A model generated the notes under the pieces. The model did no database searches. It saw only the letters and a list, made by a program, of their open reading frames with translations, and was not told the DNA's origin. Made by a program: the position numbers and the translations under genes. A stretch of DNA of 28,948 bases from an uncultured virus (IMG/VR IMGVR_UViG_3300007541_000015). Lineage: Duplodnaviria > Heunggongvirae > Uroviricota > Caudoviricetes. How positions within the stretch are numbered: the first letter of the stretch is position 1; each line of letters starts with the position of its first letter. This document shows positions 1 through 8,770 of this stretch, in pieces. Location of the stretch: the IMG/VR virus record IMGVR_UViG_3300007541_000015; one strand, 5' to 3'.

Positions 1-762
1 AATGCCGTTCCACTTAATGTTCGGTGGTTCGCCTTCCCTAATAACAAACTTTGTTCCAACAAGATTACCGTTGGTCCTACTTCCAACCAATTCAGCAACA
101 TACTGCAATTCATTCTTAAACTTCTTTCGATAGCAATGAATTTCTTGCTCAAGTTTGCCGCCCCAATCACGCCAATTTGCGACAACTCCTACCGGAGAAT
201 TATCCACATACTTTTCAGTTTCGTGGGTAATATAAATTACATCGCAAGGCAGACGATAAATAGCCATCATCAAATGCTCAAATGTTTTATTTCTAGCACC
301 ATATTGAAAAGGCATAATTTTCGTAACAACAGTAGGGTTTGGATTTACCTTTAAAATACACGACTCAAACCAAGAATCAACACCGTCAATAACAAAAATT
401 GGATTTTTACCGGCTTCCATTTCTTCACGAACATACTTCACAAAATCATGTGAATTATTTTCAGAAGCAGTAATATCCACTACATTGTCTTTGTTCATCT
501 CGATAGGGCAATAAACAGTAATTCTATCAGTAGCGTTGTGATGTTCAATCCAAGTTGACTCAACACCCATATCCCAATCCAAGACATAAATATCTCGGTC
601 TGGAAAATCCAATGCAAGACCCGTTTTTCCTGTTTTGGGTTCTCCCCAAATACCTAAACATAACCTTGATTGTCGGGTTTCTCTTGCTTTTGCCTTATGT
701 GCTTCAAGACGTTCTTTGAAGGAAACAGAAGCATCTGTTGTTTTTCTATCAGTCAATCCCAT
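1..762 (-). CDS. P-loop ATPase, RecA/RadA-like or AAA_24 (Sak4-like) recombination protein; 3' end runs off the window
   Basis: Not in the ORF track; translated by hand as MGLTDRKTT...LCLGIWGEPKTGKTGLAL (Walker A)...IYVLDWDMG...IFVIDGVD (Walker B)...VIYITHE. The frame is open to base 1, and the start overlaps the upstream stop. Confidence 0.8.
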   Translation of the reverse strand, partial: MGLTDRKTTDASVSFKERLEAHKAKARETRQSRLCLGIWGEPKTGKTGLALDFPDRDIYVLDWDMGVESTWIEHHNATDRITVYCPIEMNKDNVVDITASENNSHDFVKYVREEMEAGKNPIFVIDGVDSWFESCILKVNPNPTVVTKIMPFQYGARNKTFEHLMMAIYRLPCDVIYITHETEKYVDNSPVGVVANWRDWGGKLEQEIHCYRKKFKNELQYVAELVGSRTNGNLVGTKFVIREGEPPNIKWNGI

Positions 763-1013
763 TCATTAGCACCGCCTAATTCTGATTCATCTATTGAAAT
801 ATTTTTACCATGCACGGTGGACCATGTATTAATGATATCGGCAACTTCATTTCTGGTAGTTGTCCTATATCGGCATTCTTTCGTTCCAATGTGAAACTTA
901 ATCCAAAATTCATTCTCCACTTTTTCGTTTTCCTTAAAAGTGATAAAATCAACTGTGATTAAATCCACAATGTAATTATTCTTTAACATAACGTATCTAT
1001 TTTCTAGTAACAT
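753..1013 (-). CDS. hypothetical protein (86 aa)
   Basis: Start moved to MLLENRY at 1013, which follows a GGAGGG SD; packed tightly against the ATPase. Confidence 0.65.
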   Translation of the reverse strand: MLLENRYVMLKNNYIVDLITVDFITFKENEKVENEFWIKFHIGTKECRYRTTTRNEVADIINTWSTVHGKNISIDESELGGANEWD

Positions 1014-1090
1014 ATAAACTCCCTCCAAAGGGAAAGGCTTCGCACCCTTTTGGCCGTCATTAACGCCAACGACTACACAACGATTGATTC

Positions 1091-2299
1091 TCAGAACCAA
1101 TCGTAGTCTTCTTCAACTGCTTGAGTCACCTCAACTGCCGAACCCTTACGGTCAAGGACATAAAGTCCCGTTACGTTGATTGTTGCAGGTTCCGTTTCGC
1201 CATCAACTGTTCGCTGAGAAGTGTTTCCGATAACGATTACAGATGAACCGATACCGAAATCAATCTCGATATGCGACGGAATCCAACAGGTTACAACACC
1301 GTTTCCTTCATCATAGTCAAACTCAGCATTCAGGTCAGTAATGTTCAGAATGCGGTTTCCGTTTGATGTTGGGGTCATGTTCATGTTGCACACTACACCA
1401 TCAGTAACGATGAAACGGTCGTTGTATGCAAGTGTTTGACGCTTAATGTGAACATCATCCAACTCAACGAGAGGAACGAGGTGGCTTTCAAGATTTGAAA
1501 CGAAGAAATCCTCAAAGTTAAAACTCGACATATCGCGGTAATCTGTGTTTTCTGGGTCAAGTGATGCGTTCAGAATAAGCGAATTCTTCGTAACATCGGT
1601 CATACCATACAGGTTTCCGTTTTCGTTGGGGATAGCAAGGAAATGAACCCATTCAAAAGTATTAGGTTCAAACTCAACTGAGGGTTGGTTCTTGTAAGAG
1701 AACGGCCAAATCTTCATTTCGCCTCCATCAGATGAACCATAGAACAGCCCTTGTCGGCGGTATTGTTCCACAGGAAGAGGCTTCCCATATCCCTTGTTTT
1801 CACCACCATTCATGTATCGCTCGGTATCATCAAGAGGGATGAAGTATTGTCCATCTTCACCTTCTTCAGCACCATTCGGCAAGTTTGCAACTGTCTTCTC
1901 CTGATATTCATTACGGTTATAACGGGAAACAACCCACTTTCCAAGTGCATTCTGAGAAGCGATTGCGACAATACCCTTTTCTAGAGCATTGTCTGCATCT
2001 CGCTTAAACTCTTCAATTGCCTTACTACGTCGCCAAGCCATCATATCGCGTGGTGCGTCAAGAGCAATAAAGAAACCAAAAGCCTTCTTTGCGAGGCTTC
2101 CTCCATCATTGGTTGTTGGCTTGTTCTGAGAACGGCGGTGTTGGGCAACATAGGAACGCCAAAGGGCCTTTCCAATTTGGTTGCCTGCTTCAATACCGTT
2201 TTCAGAACAGATTTCTTCGTATTTCTGTTCTGCTTCTTCCTGAGTCATCCCAATATATTGAAGGGACTTCTCAATTTCAGTCTTCATTTCTTCATTCAT
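1091..2299 (-). CDS. single-stranded DNA-binding protein (RPA-like OB folds)
   Basis: C-terminal OB-fold-like pattern (GVVCNMN...RILNITD...VTCW...GSSVIVIG...INV), acidic-aromatic tail EEDYDWF, and position in the replication cluster. Start MNEEM follows GGAAGTGA. Confidence 0.7.
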   Translation of the reverse strand: MNEEMKTEIEKSLQYIGMTQEEAEQKYEEICSENGIEAGNQIGKALWRSYVAQHRRSQNKPTTNDGGSLAKKAFGFFIALDAPRDMMAWRRSKAIEEFKRDADNALEKGIVAIASQNALGKWVVSRYNRNEYQEKTVANLPNGAEEGEDGQYFIPLDDTERYMNGGENKGYGKPLPVEQYRRQGLFYGSSDGGEMKIWPFSYKNQPSVEFEPNTFEWVHFLAIPNENGNLYGMTDVTKNSLILNASLDPENTDYRDMSSFNFEDFFVSNLESHLVPLVELDDVHIKRQTLAYNDRFIVTDGVVCNMNMTPTSNGNRILNITDLNAEFDYDEGNGVVTCWIPSHIEIDFGIGSSVIVIGNTSQRTVDGETEPATINVTGLYVLDRKGSAVEVTQAVEEDYDWF

Positions 2300-2321
2300 T
2301 TTATTCACTTCCTTTGTGTTT

Positions 2322-3230
2322 TTAAAGTTGTCCAACCATCCATGAAAGTAATACTTTCGGTGTCATGGTTGTGGACCGCCATTCTGTTTCGCCAATTGTT
2401 CTTAAGAATTTGAACTTGATATTGGCATCAAGTCCATTCGAGTTGATTACTGCATCGTGTAACCCGATACAGATTTCCTTTATAGTCCTCCCATCAATAA
2501 GCAATTTCTGAAAGTAAGCAATTGCGTTATTTTTATTGTTGATTAGAATATCTAGCCCTTTTGAATACTCTTCAAGGCTCATTTCAATTTGCTTCTTCAA
2601 CGTGGTATTACTTGACTTAGCCGCTTGGACTTCAGTAATGACCCTCCTTAAGTCGAGGGACGCGGAGGCTATAAAGGCGATGAGTTCATCGTTAGAAAAA
2701 CGCTCTACTCCTTCTTCTTGAAGGATTCCTTGGATTACTTCCAAGATTACTTCATTGCTCAGAGGCTTAAAATGGTAATTAGCACACCGACTCTGAAGAG
2801 CAAAAATAATCTTGCTCTTATCGTTGCAAGTAATCATAAACCTTACGTTGTTAGCATATCTTTCCATGATACGCTTCAAAGCATTTTGTGCATCTGAAGT
2901 CATACCATCCATTTCATCAAGTAAAATGATACGGAAAGGAGCATTACCAATAACTCCACTTTGAGCAATGTTTTTGATGGTTGTTCTAACAGTTTCCAAT
3001 CTTCGGTCATCAGACGCATTGATTTCAAAGAAGTTTTCATCAAATTCATCTCCTAGAATAGAACGCCCAAGAGCAATCATTGCAGCCGTTTTTCCATTAC
3101 CGGGATTTCCGTATGCTAATACGTTAGGCATATTCTTTTCTTCAAGCCAAGACATAGCGTCCATTGTGAAGTGTTCTTGCCCGATTACATCTCCGATTCT
3201 TTTTGGTCTATACTTTTCTGTCCACAACAT
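2322..3230 (-). CDS. rfcS: replication factor C small subunit (clamp loader)
   Basis: LWTEKYRP, GNPGNGKT, EINASDDR, ILLDEMDGMT, AQNALKRIME, LQSRC. Confidence 0.97.
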   Translation of the reverse strand: MLWTEKYRPKRIGDVIGQEHFTMDAMSWLEEKNMPNVLAYGNPGNGKTAAMIALGRSILGDEFDENFFEINASDDRRLETVRTTIKNIAQSGVIGNAPFRIILLDEMDGMTSDAQNALKRIMERYANNVRFMITCNDKSKIIFALQSRCANYHFKPLSNEVILEVIQGILQEEGVERFSNDELIAFIASASLDLRRVITEVQAAKSSNTTLKKQIEMSLEEYSKGLDILINNKNNAIAYFQKLLIDGRTIKEICIGLHDAVINSNGLDANIKFKFLRTIGETEWRSTTMTPKVLLSWMVGQL

Positions 3231-3516
3231 TTAAATCTTCTCCTTCATTGAAAATTGTGTATTCATATATATGTCCTCCACTATAATATTGGTTAAGTGT
3301 ATCAGCAGGAACATAAATTCTAGTCATTGTTTTTTTGAATCTTTTATCTGCTTTAAGCCATTGCGACAATCTTCCTACCGTAATAGAATCATCTTCAATT
3401 TTCTCTACTATTTCTCTACATAGTAGAGGGCTTTCGCTAGCATTAACAATATCAAATGCTTTGTTAAGTGTTTTGCGTTTTTTAAATTTACTTACTTTAG
3501 TTCCCATAATAATCAC
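3208..3516 (-). CDS. small basic protein, possible winged HTH
   Basis: PLLCREIVEKI...ITVGRLSQWL followed by beta strands; coupled between the two RFC genes. Confidence 0.55.
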   Translation of the reverse strand: MIIMGTKVSKFKKRKTLNKAFDIVNASESPLLCREIVEKIEDDSITVGRLSQWLKADKRFKKTMTRIYVPADTLNQYYSGGHIYEYTIFNEGEDLNVVDRKV

Positions 3517-4358
3517 ATAAATAATTCTAATGAACCCACGTCATAAACAACGGGGTCCGTTTTCTTTCTTCGTTTCTTTTCACCGATGCCTAAAATTCGA
3601 CATTCAGCGTTGTTTAATTTCTTCTTTGCCATATTAACAAACTCTTCATCTTTAAGAAGTTGTCGAAGAAGTCTTTCATTCTTAACTCCGAGTTTACGAC
3701 AAATTGGTGGAACCTTCGAGTAAGTATTACTCTTAGGCATTGATACTCTCCCGAATGAATTACCTTGATGAGCATAAGCGAGCATCTGATAAAAATAATC
3801 AGAAGACCACCTTCTCTTCACTACACCATCAACAAAAATTAATCTGTTAGGGTGCATATTTTCAACAAGCCAAGAAACAATTTGAGTATCTGATGGCTTG
3901 TTAAAGATAAGAGCATCAGCAACCCTATCTCTATTAGTTTCTTTTAGATACATTTGAACAAGAGAGAACGTATCTAACTCAGTCATTGAAGGAGCATCAC
4001 TACGAGGTGCAATTCCCATGATTGAATCACGAAGGTAATTCACACTACCTGCTCTCTTAATTTCACACATATTCTTGATTTCTTGAGGAACCGACTTCTC
4101 GTTAATAGAAGTCAAAACTACTTGGCCCTTGTAATTCCTCAAGATATACAGAATGTCTTCCTTGTTCGGCTTATGGTGAACATCTTCAATCACAATACCT
4201 CTATCTGTTGGGAATGAACCCAAGTCAGTCGTATCTGCTTCGTTAGCAAACAAAATCAAGGGGTCTTCACAAAACGTGAGAGCCTTTGTTGATTTTCCTG
4301 TTCCGGGTTTTCCGGTAATTAGAATTGCTCTCTTTTTATTCAAATTAGTTAATCCCAT
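3513..4358 (-). CDS. rfcL: replication factor C large subunit-like protein (short)
   Basis: Walker A GKPGTGKS, Walker B IVIEDV, basic stretch, PIP-like C-terminus GSLELFM; near rfcS. Confidence 0.75.
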   Translation of the reverse strand: MGLTNLNKKRAILITGKPGTGKSTKALTFCEDPLILFANEADTTDLGSFPTDRGIVIEDVHHKPNKEDILYILRNYKGQVVLTSINEKSVPQEIKNMCEIKRAGSVNYLRDSIMGIAPRSDAPSMTELDTFSLVQMYLKETNRDRVADALIFNKPSDTQIVSWLVENMHPNRLIFVDGVVKRRWSSDYFYQMLAYAHQGNSFGRVSMPKSNTYSKVPPICRKLGVKNERLLRQLLKDEEFVNMAKKKLNNAECRILGIGEKKRRKKTDPVVYDVGSLELFM

Positions 4359-4759
4359 TATAGCACACCTTTGAGTTCCATTAATTTTTCAATTCCTTCC
4401 AATTCTAAATGCTCTTTGTTACTGATAATTTCAACGGCCTTTCTAAAGTTTGACCATTCATTTTTAGAATCAGGTAAATCTGATACCATCTCTGTAAGAA
4501 GATACAGATTCTTAATCCCACCAATTTTTAGAATTGGCTTGGGACGTGTCTTGTTTTCCTTTTCTTTTAGAACACTTTCAATTCCATGTTGAAAAAGGCT
4601 TCGCTTTACTCCTTCCAAGAAATCTAACTCGGCTCTAAGATTTACACGGATTCTAACTGTGTAGCCAATGCTAACTGTGTTAGAATGCTCAATGTGAAAA
4701 TCAATCTTAGAATGAGCAAGATAGATACCTGTAAGCATATCTCTATTATACATAATCAT
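4358..4759 (-). CDS. degenerate single-motif LAGLIDADG endonuclease-like protein
   Basis: N-terminal helix MLTGIYLAHS followed by beta strands, LEGVKRSL...G, and C-terminal KEHLELEGIEKLMELK typical of I-CreI-type LAGLIDADG proteins. Confidence 0.6.
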   Translation of the reverse strand: MIMYNRDMLTGIYLAHSKIDFHIEHSNTVSIGYTVRIRVNLRAELDFLEGVKRSLFQHGIESVLKEKENKTRPKPILKIGGIKNLYLLTEMVSDLPDSKNEWSNFRKAVEIISNKEHLELEGIEKLMELKGVL

Positions 4760-5102
4760 TCACCTTTGTAATACCTAAATACTCAGCCTTAACTCTAATA
4801 AATTTGAGTCCTTCCAAAATAGTGTCTTCAATCAATGGTTCTAAATCTTCACACATTCCCGGAAAAATAATAGTAAAGGATGTTCCTCTATATGTCCCTA
4901 ATGCCTTTGCTAGTTCTTCATCAACTGTGTCATGAACAACAGCAAAAAGACCTTCATCACCAATAAAATTCAACCTCGCCACTAAACCCTTTGCTAAAAA
5001 CTGTAAAGTTGGTTCATCTAATTCAAAATAAACCATAAAACTAAACGATGTTAAATCATCAAAGCGGGTTAACCATTCTTGGATGAGGCTATCTTGATAC
5101 AT
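4746..5102 (-). CDS. hypothetical protein
   Basis: 118-aa ORF that tiles exactly between its neighbours. Confidence 0.65.
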   Translation of the reverse strand: MYQDSLIQEWLTRFDDLTSFSFMVYFELDEPTLQFLAKGLVARLNFIGDEGLFAVVHDTVDEELAKALGTYRGTSFTIIFPGMCEDLEPLIEDTILEGLKFIRVKAEYLGITKVNDYV

Positions 5103-5558
5103 TCAAAGACCATCCTCAATATATTTTTTGTGGTCAATGCATACTTCAGTATTGAGTTCAGGAAATTGGACGTGACTAACGTGTTCAGGTCCAATTCTTG
5201 TATGATTATGTTTATCAGCAGTTTCATCGGCATTGATAATAAGATATTCACACAAGAAACGGACCTGCTCTTCAATAAACATTATTGCTTTCTTTGAAAC
5301 CTGTTTATCTGTTTTCTCTTTAGCAATCTCTCTAATATTTATTTTTGAAATTAGTTTCCTCCTAGGAATCTGCGTTTTCTTGATTTCTGGAACAATCAGT
5401 TGCCCGCTCTCATCGAAGTATGGGACTCGGCTCAGAAGCATCTTTCTTGGGCGACCCATATAGGTTTCGACGTTGTGAAGATAGGCAAATTCATCTTCAA
5501 TTCTAACGACTTGAAAGGTTTTTCCTTCAATAATAGTAAACTGTCCTTCTTTAATCAT
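5103..5558 (-). CDS. N-terminal SH3/KOW-like beta domain fused to an archaeal-type histone fold
   Basis: C-half INIREIAKEKTDKQVSKKAIMFIEEQVRFLCEYLIINADETADKHNHTRIGPEHV parallels the HMf pattern RIIK..GAERVS.DA...L...A.HAGRKTIKAEDI. Confidence 0.65.
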   Translation of the reverse strand: MIKEGQFTIIEGKTFQVVRIEDEFAYLHNVETYMGRPRKMLLSRVPYFDESGQLIVPEIKKTQIPRRKLISKINIREIAKEKTDKQVSKKAIMFIEEQVRFLCEYLIINADETADKHNHTRIGPEHVSHVQFPELNTEVCIDHKKYIEDGL

Positions 5559-5560
5559 GT

Positions 5561-5893
5561 TTAAACCTCCTGTTTCAAAATCGCTTTTGCTGCATCAAAA
5601 TTGTCTGTTTCAATGAAAGTCCTTGCCGCGTCAATAATAGCCATCAATCTCTCTTCACGGTTATTGGTTGACTTGATTTTCAAGAGTTTTGCAATTTTCC
5701 TCTTTGAATCTGTAGGAGGTGCATTCCTGATATCACCCAAGCGAGAATGAAGATTACGGAGAATATAGAATTGAGAACGAATTCTATCATAGGTAATTTT
5801 GATAGCCTTACCTACTTCATCCTTCTTCATCTTTTCAATTTCCATTGCTGCACTTTGGTTATCTAAAAAGTATTTATATGTTCTAGTCATCAC
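5561..5893 (-). CDS. hypothetical helical protein
   Basis: 110-aa ORF coupled to the ligase stop. Confidence 0.65.
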   Translation of the reverse strand: MMTRTYKYFLDNQSAAMEIEKMKKDEVGKAIKITYDRIRSQFYILRNLHSRLGDIRNAPPTDSKRKIAKLLKIKSTNNREERLMAIIDAARTFIETDNFDAAKAILKQEV

Positions 5894-7416
5894 ATCATCT
5901 CCATAACGTCTTCAATTGTATTAATGTCCTGAGGAAACTTATCATCACGGATTCTCGTTACTCTAGGAAATCGAAGACCAATGTTTCCTTTAGCATCACG
6001 AGTAATCAAATCAGCACTAACTTCGAGAACGATTCTCGGAAGGAATTGATACTTTCCATTCTTTACTGATTCGATGTTCTTACGCAAATCATTAGTTAAT
6101 CTAATCAAATCTGCATCTGAGAAGCCGGTTCCAACCGAACCGACCACAATATATAAACCACCTGACTTAACTGCAATCTCATAGGTTCCAAACACACCTG
6201 AGCGTTTTCCTTCACCATATGCACCTGCAACAATTACAACATCTAACTCTATTCGTGGTGGTTTATGTTTAACCCAAGAAACAGAACGTTTTCCGGGCTG
6301 ATATTTGGCATTCGCATCTTTTACGATAATGCCCTCGAAACCGTCATTAATTGCCTGATGATAGAAAGCGATTGCATCTCCCTCAAGTTGTCGGTGGGCT
6401 TGGTTGCCTAAGCCTTGCATAACCTGAAGCCTATGCGTGTATGTGCGGTCCATTACGACTTCACCGTTCATCTTCAAGCAATCGAAGATTACCCAAGCCA
6501 CAGGGCATCTTCTAACCGCTTCTGCATGGTCCTTAGAATGAACGCGGGTTCCTAAGTTCTGATGTGGCGCAGGTGAACCATCTGTGTTCACCGGATAGAT
6601 TTCACCGTCAAAGATAGCGTTATCACAATCATAAGCACGAATAATCTCAACAACATCAGGATATTGTTGTGTAGTAATTGAACCCTTGCGGTTGAAGATA
6701 ATTACATTGTCTCCTTTCTTATGAATTTGGTAACGATTACCGTCATACTTGTAATCCACAATTTTATTCTTAGGCCACTTGTTAAGAGGAACAGATTTTG
6801 CTAACATAGGAGCAACAAATGTTCCGTGATTCAGAACCATAGGGGGTTCCATATTACCCATATAGTATTGACAAACATTCTCAATAGTGTTAAAAGAAAC
6901 GTGCTTCTTCACATCAGTTACCTTCTTATTAAAATGCTTTGCTAGCATCTTAACTACATTTCCCTTGTTAATACCATTACGAGGGGTTCGTAGCCAATAA
7001 CGCATGAACCACTTCCGCTCAAGAGAAGAAAGGGAATTCATTAAACCTTCAAATACCCTGTAAGAATCTGAACCTACACCTGAGCAATCAGAGCCAAGAA
7101 TACGAAGAATAGTATTGATTGAAGTTTCTCCGTTTGATTCTGCTGAAGAATCTAAGAAATAAACCACGTCGCCCATGTCTTCATAGACAACATAATCTCC
7201 TTCAATCTCTTCATCGTGGATATCAAATACATTTGCTACCCACTTCTTTGCCCTCGCAAGTCCTATGTTGTTTGACGGGTATTCCATAGCAAGAATAGCC
7301 AAAAGACTACTCTTGTTTTCAAAATTCCCCATTTCTCTTGAAATCATTGAGATTTGTTTGCTTGGTAGCAGATTGTCCGTCGCTTCCAGCAGATTGCACA
7401 TCATTTTCCATGTCAT
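5890..7416 (-). CDS. lig: ATP-dependent DNA ligase
   Basis: PMLA, motif I DYKYDGNR, IFDGE, IFDCL, EGIIVK, WVKHK, VGTGFSD, LRFPRV. Confidence 0.97.
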   Translation of the reverse strand: MTWKMMCNLLEATDNLLPSKQISMISREMGNFENKSSLLAILAMEYPSNNIGLARAKKWVANVFDIHDEEIEGDYVVYEDMGDVVYFLDSSAESNGETSINTILRILGSDCSGVGSDSYRVFEGLMNSLSSLERKWFMRYWLRTPRNGINKGNVVKMLAKHFNKKVTDVKKHVSFNTIENVCQYYMGNMEPPMVLNHGTFVAPMLAKSVPLNKWPKNKIVDYKYDGNRYQIHKKGDNVIIFNRKGSITTQQYPDVVEIIRAYDCDNAIFDGEIYPVNTDGSPAPHQNLGTRVHSKDHAEAVRRCPVAWVIFDCLKMNGEVVMDRTYTHRLQVMQGLGNQAHRQLEGDAIAFYHQAINDGFEGIIVKDANAKYQPGKRSVSWVKHKPPRIELDVVIVAGAYGEGKRSGVFGTYEIAVKSGGLYIVVGSVGTGFSDADLIRLTNDLRKNIESVKNGKYQFLPRIVLEVSADLITRDAKGNIGLRFPRVTRIRDDKFPQDINTIEDVMEMM

Positions 7417-7552
7417 TAAAATTCACCTCTGTATTTACTGTATAAATTAAGTTTCTAATCATTTCACACATTGTATCTCGGCCTGTAATAGATTTAGCCA
7501 CGTATTCATAGTGTAAGATTTTAGCCAAAATTAACCATTCACTCTTCTTCAT
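7319..7552 (-). CDS. hypothetical protein (77 aa); tail overlaps the ligase start
   Basis: MKKSEWL start overlaps the upstream gene end and the ORF fills the 7417-7538 gap. Confidence 0.5.
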   Translation of the reverse strand: MKKSEWLILAKILHYEYVAKSITGRDTMCEMIRNLIYTVNTEVNFNDMENDVQSAGSDGQSATKQTNLNDFKRNGEF

Positions 7553-7907
7553 CTTCTGATACTTCATCATCAAGCCTCCCAAGTAGTCGCAAAAAGTTAG
7601 AAATGAGTTGGGAAGTAACTTCCACTTCTTCAAACTTTTCTTGTTCTAAGAAACGATGGGTCATTTGAATGAGAGTTGCTTGAGTTATTGCAGGAGCAAG
7701 ACGCGCAAGGCTATTACTCGTTTGGATTTCCCAATAACAAATGAAACTAGCCTTAGCCAATTCATTTGCATATCTCATTTCACCAACTTGGGATTGAAAA
7801 TGGTCAAACAAAAGAGTATTCTTTCCTAGTTTGTTTCCCATTTGCTTTGCCCAAGAAGCATATTGCTTATCGTTCTTAGTCACCAAATAAAGTTTGTTAG
7901 TGTTCAT
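7539..7907 (-). CDS. hypothetical protein
   Basis: 122-aa ORF with ATGA coupling. Confidence 0.65.
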   Translation of the reverse strand: MNTNKLYLVTKNDKQYASWAKQMGNKLGKNTLLFDHFQSQVGEMRYANELAKASFICYWEIQTSNSLARLAPAITQATLIQMTHRFLEQEKFEEVEVTSQLISNFLRLLGRLDDEVSEDEEE

Positions 7908-8176
7908 TCTTCTTCCTCTCCTTCTAATACACGGCGTAGTGCGTCATATGCTTGCACATATGCAATATCAACATTATATGGTTGAACCCGTGAGCCACGA
8001 AGACCCTGACCGGCAGGGACTTCCATATTCTTTTCAACAATCTTAGCAAATAAATCTACGATTTCTGATGCTCGTTTAACAAATCTTGGGATTGCTCCGT
8101 GTCCATACTGCCTATTTTTATTTGCATTTCTTACAGCCTTTTTAGCCTGAATTTCACTAATTCTTTGCTTAATCAT
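7904..8176 (-). CDS. small basic protein, candidate divergent histone fold
   Basis: Short helix ISEIQAKKAVRNA, loop RQYG, long helix AIPRFVKRASEIVDLFAKIVEKNM, loop SRVQ, helix PYNVDIAY. Confidence 0.5.
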   Translation of the reverse strand: MIKQRISEIQAKKAVRNANKNRQYGHGAIPRFVKRASEIVDLFAKIVEKNMEVPAGQGLRGSRVQPYNVDIAYVQAYDALRRVLEGEEEE

Positions 8177-8378
8177 CTAGTTCCCTCCTTAGAAGGTTTA
8201 GAAGCATACGGGCTTCTGTCCGGTTAAGACGAATACCTTTACGGGAAATCTTATCGTCTTTAAACCACCGAATATCAATTACATCAATATTATAGTAATT
8301 TCCCTTTCGGACCTTTACTACATCGGTGGAGTTTCTGGGAATACTCCCAATCATTTCAAAATCATCGCTTGTCATCAA
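8169..8378 (-). CDS. PC4/p15-like ssDNA-binding protein
   Basis: VKVRKGNY...IDIRWF...SRKGIRL PC4 signature. Confidence 0.85.
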   Translation of the reverse strand: MMTSDDFEMIGSIPRNSTDVVKVRKGNYYNIDVIDIRWFKDDKISRKGIRLNRTEARMLLNLLRRELDD

Positions 8379-8770
8379 ATTTCCTCCTTGAATTTCTCAA
8401 GGTCTTTCCATGTCCTAAAATAGCGTGGTGCTTCCAATTCGTCTAACCTGTTAGCAATCCAACAAGAACCACCAATAGAAGATACTTGAACAATTTCAAA
8501 CTGCCCATCTCCTACTTGAACTACTTCCTTTGTCTCAATATCTGGAACAAGTCCATACATTCGAGTTAATTCAAAAGCCACATCATTCAAATTATCGTGA
8601 ACATATTTGATAATGTGGGCTCTTTGAATTGGAATCTTTGGGCTTAGAGTAAAGGTAATCTTTCCTGTTTTATTGCAAACCTTACAGCGATTTCCTTCGC
8701 AAATAGGACAAATTATTTCTGCATCATGTGGTGCAGGCAAGTTTACTGTTATTGCTCTATTACTCACCAT
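8375..8770 (-). CDS. protein with DnaJ-type Zn finger (131 aa)
   Basis: CPICEGNRCKVCNKTG; start moved to MVSN, which overlaps the GroEL end. Confidence 0.65.
   Translation of the reverse strand: MVSNRAITVNLPAPHDAEIICPICEGNRCKVCNKTGKITFTLSPKIPIQRAHIIKYVHDNLNDVAFELTRMYGLVPDIETKEVVQVGDGQFEIVQVSSIGGSCWIANRLDELEAPRYFRTWKDLEKFKEEI

Noticed and set aside
7319..7633. Long N-terminal extensions in the ORF track (also 8914, 11918, 12705, 14684, 16595, 28572)
   Set aside because: They overlap upstream genes or the promoter; downstream ATGs with SD or coupling fit better.
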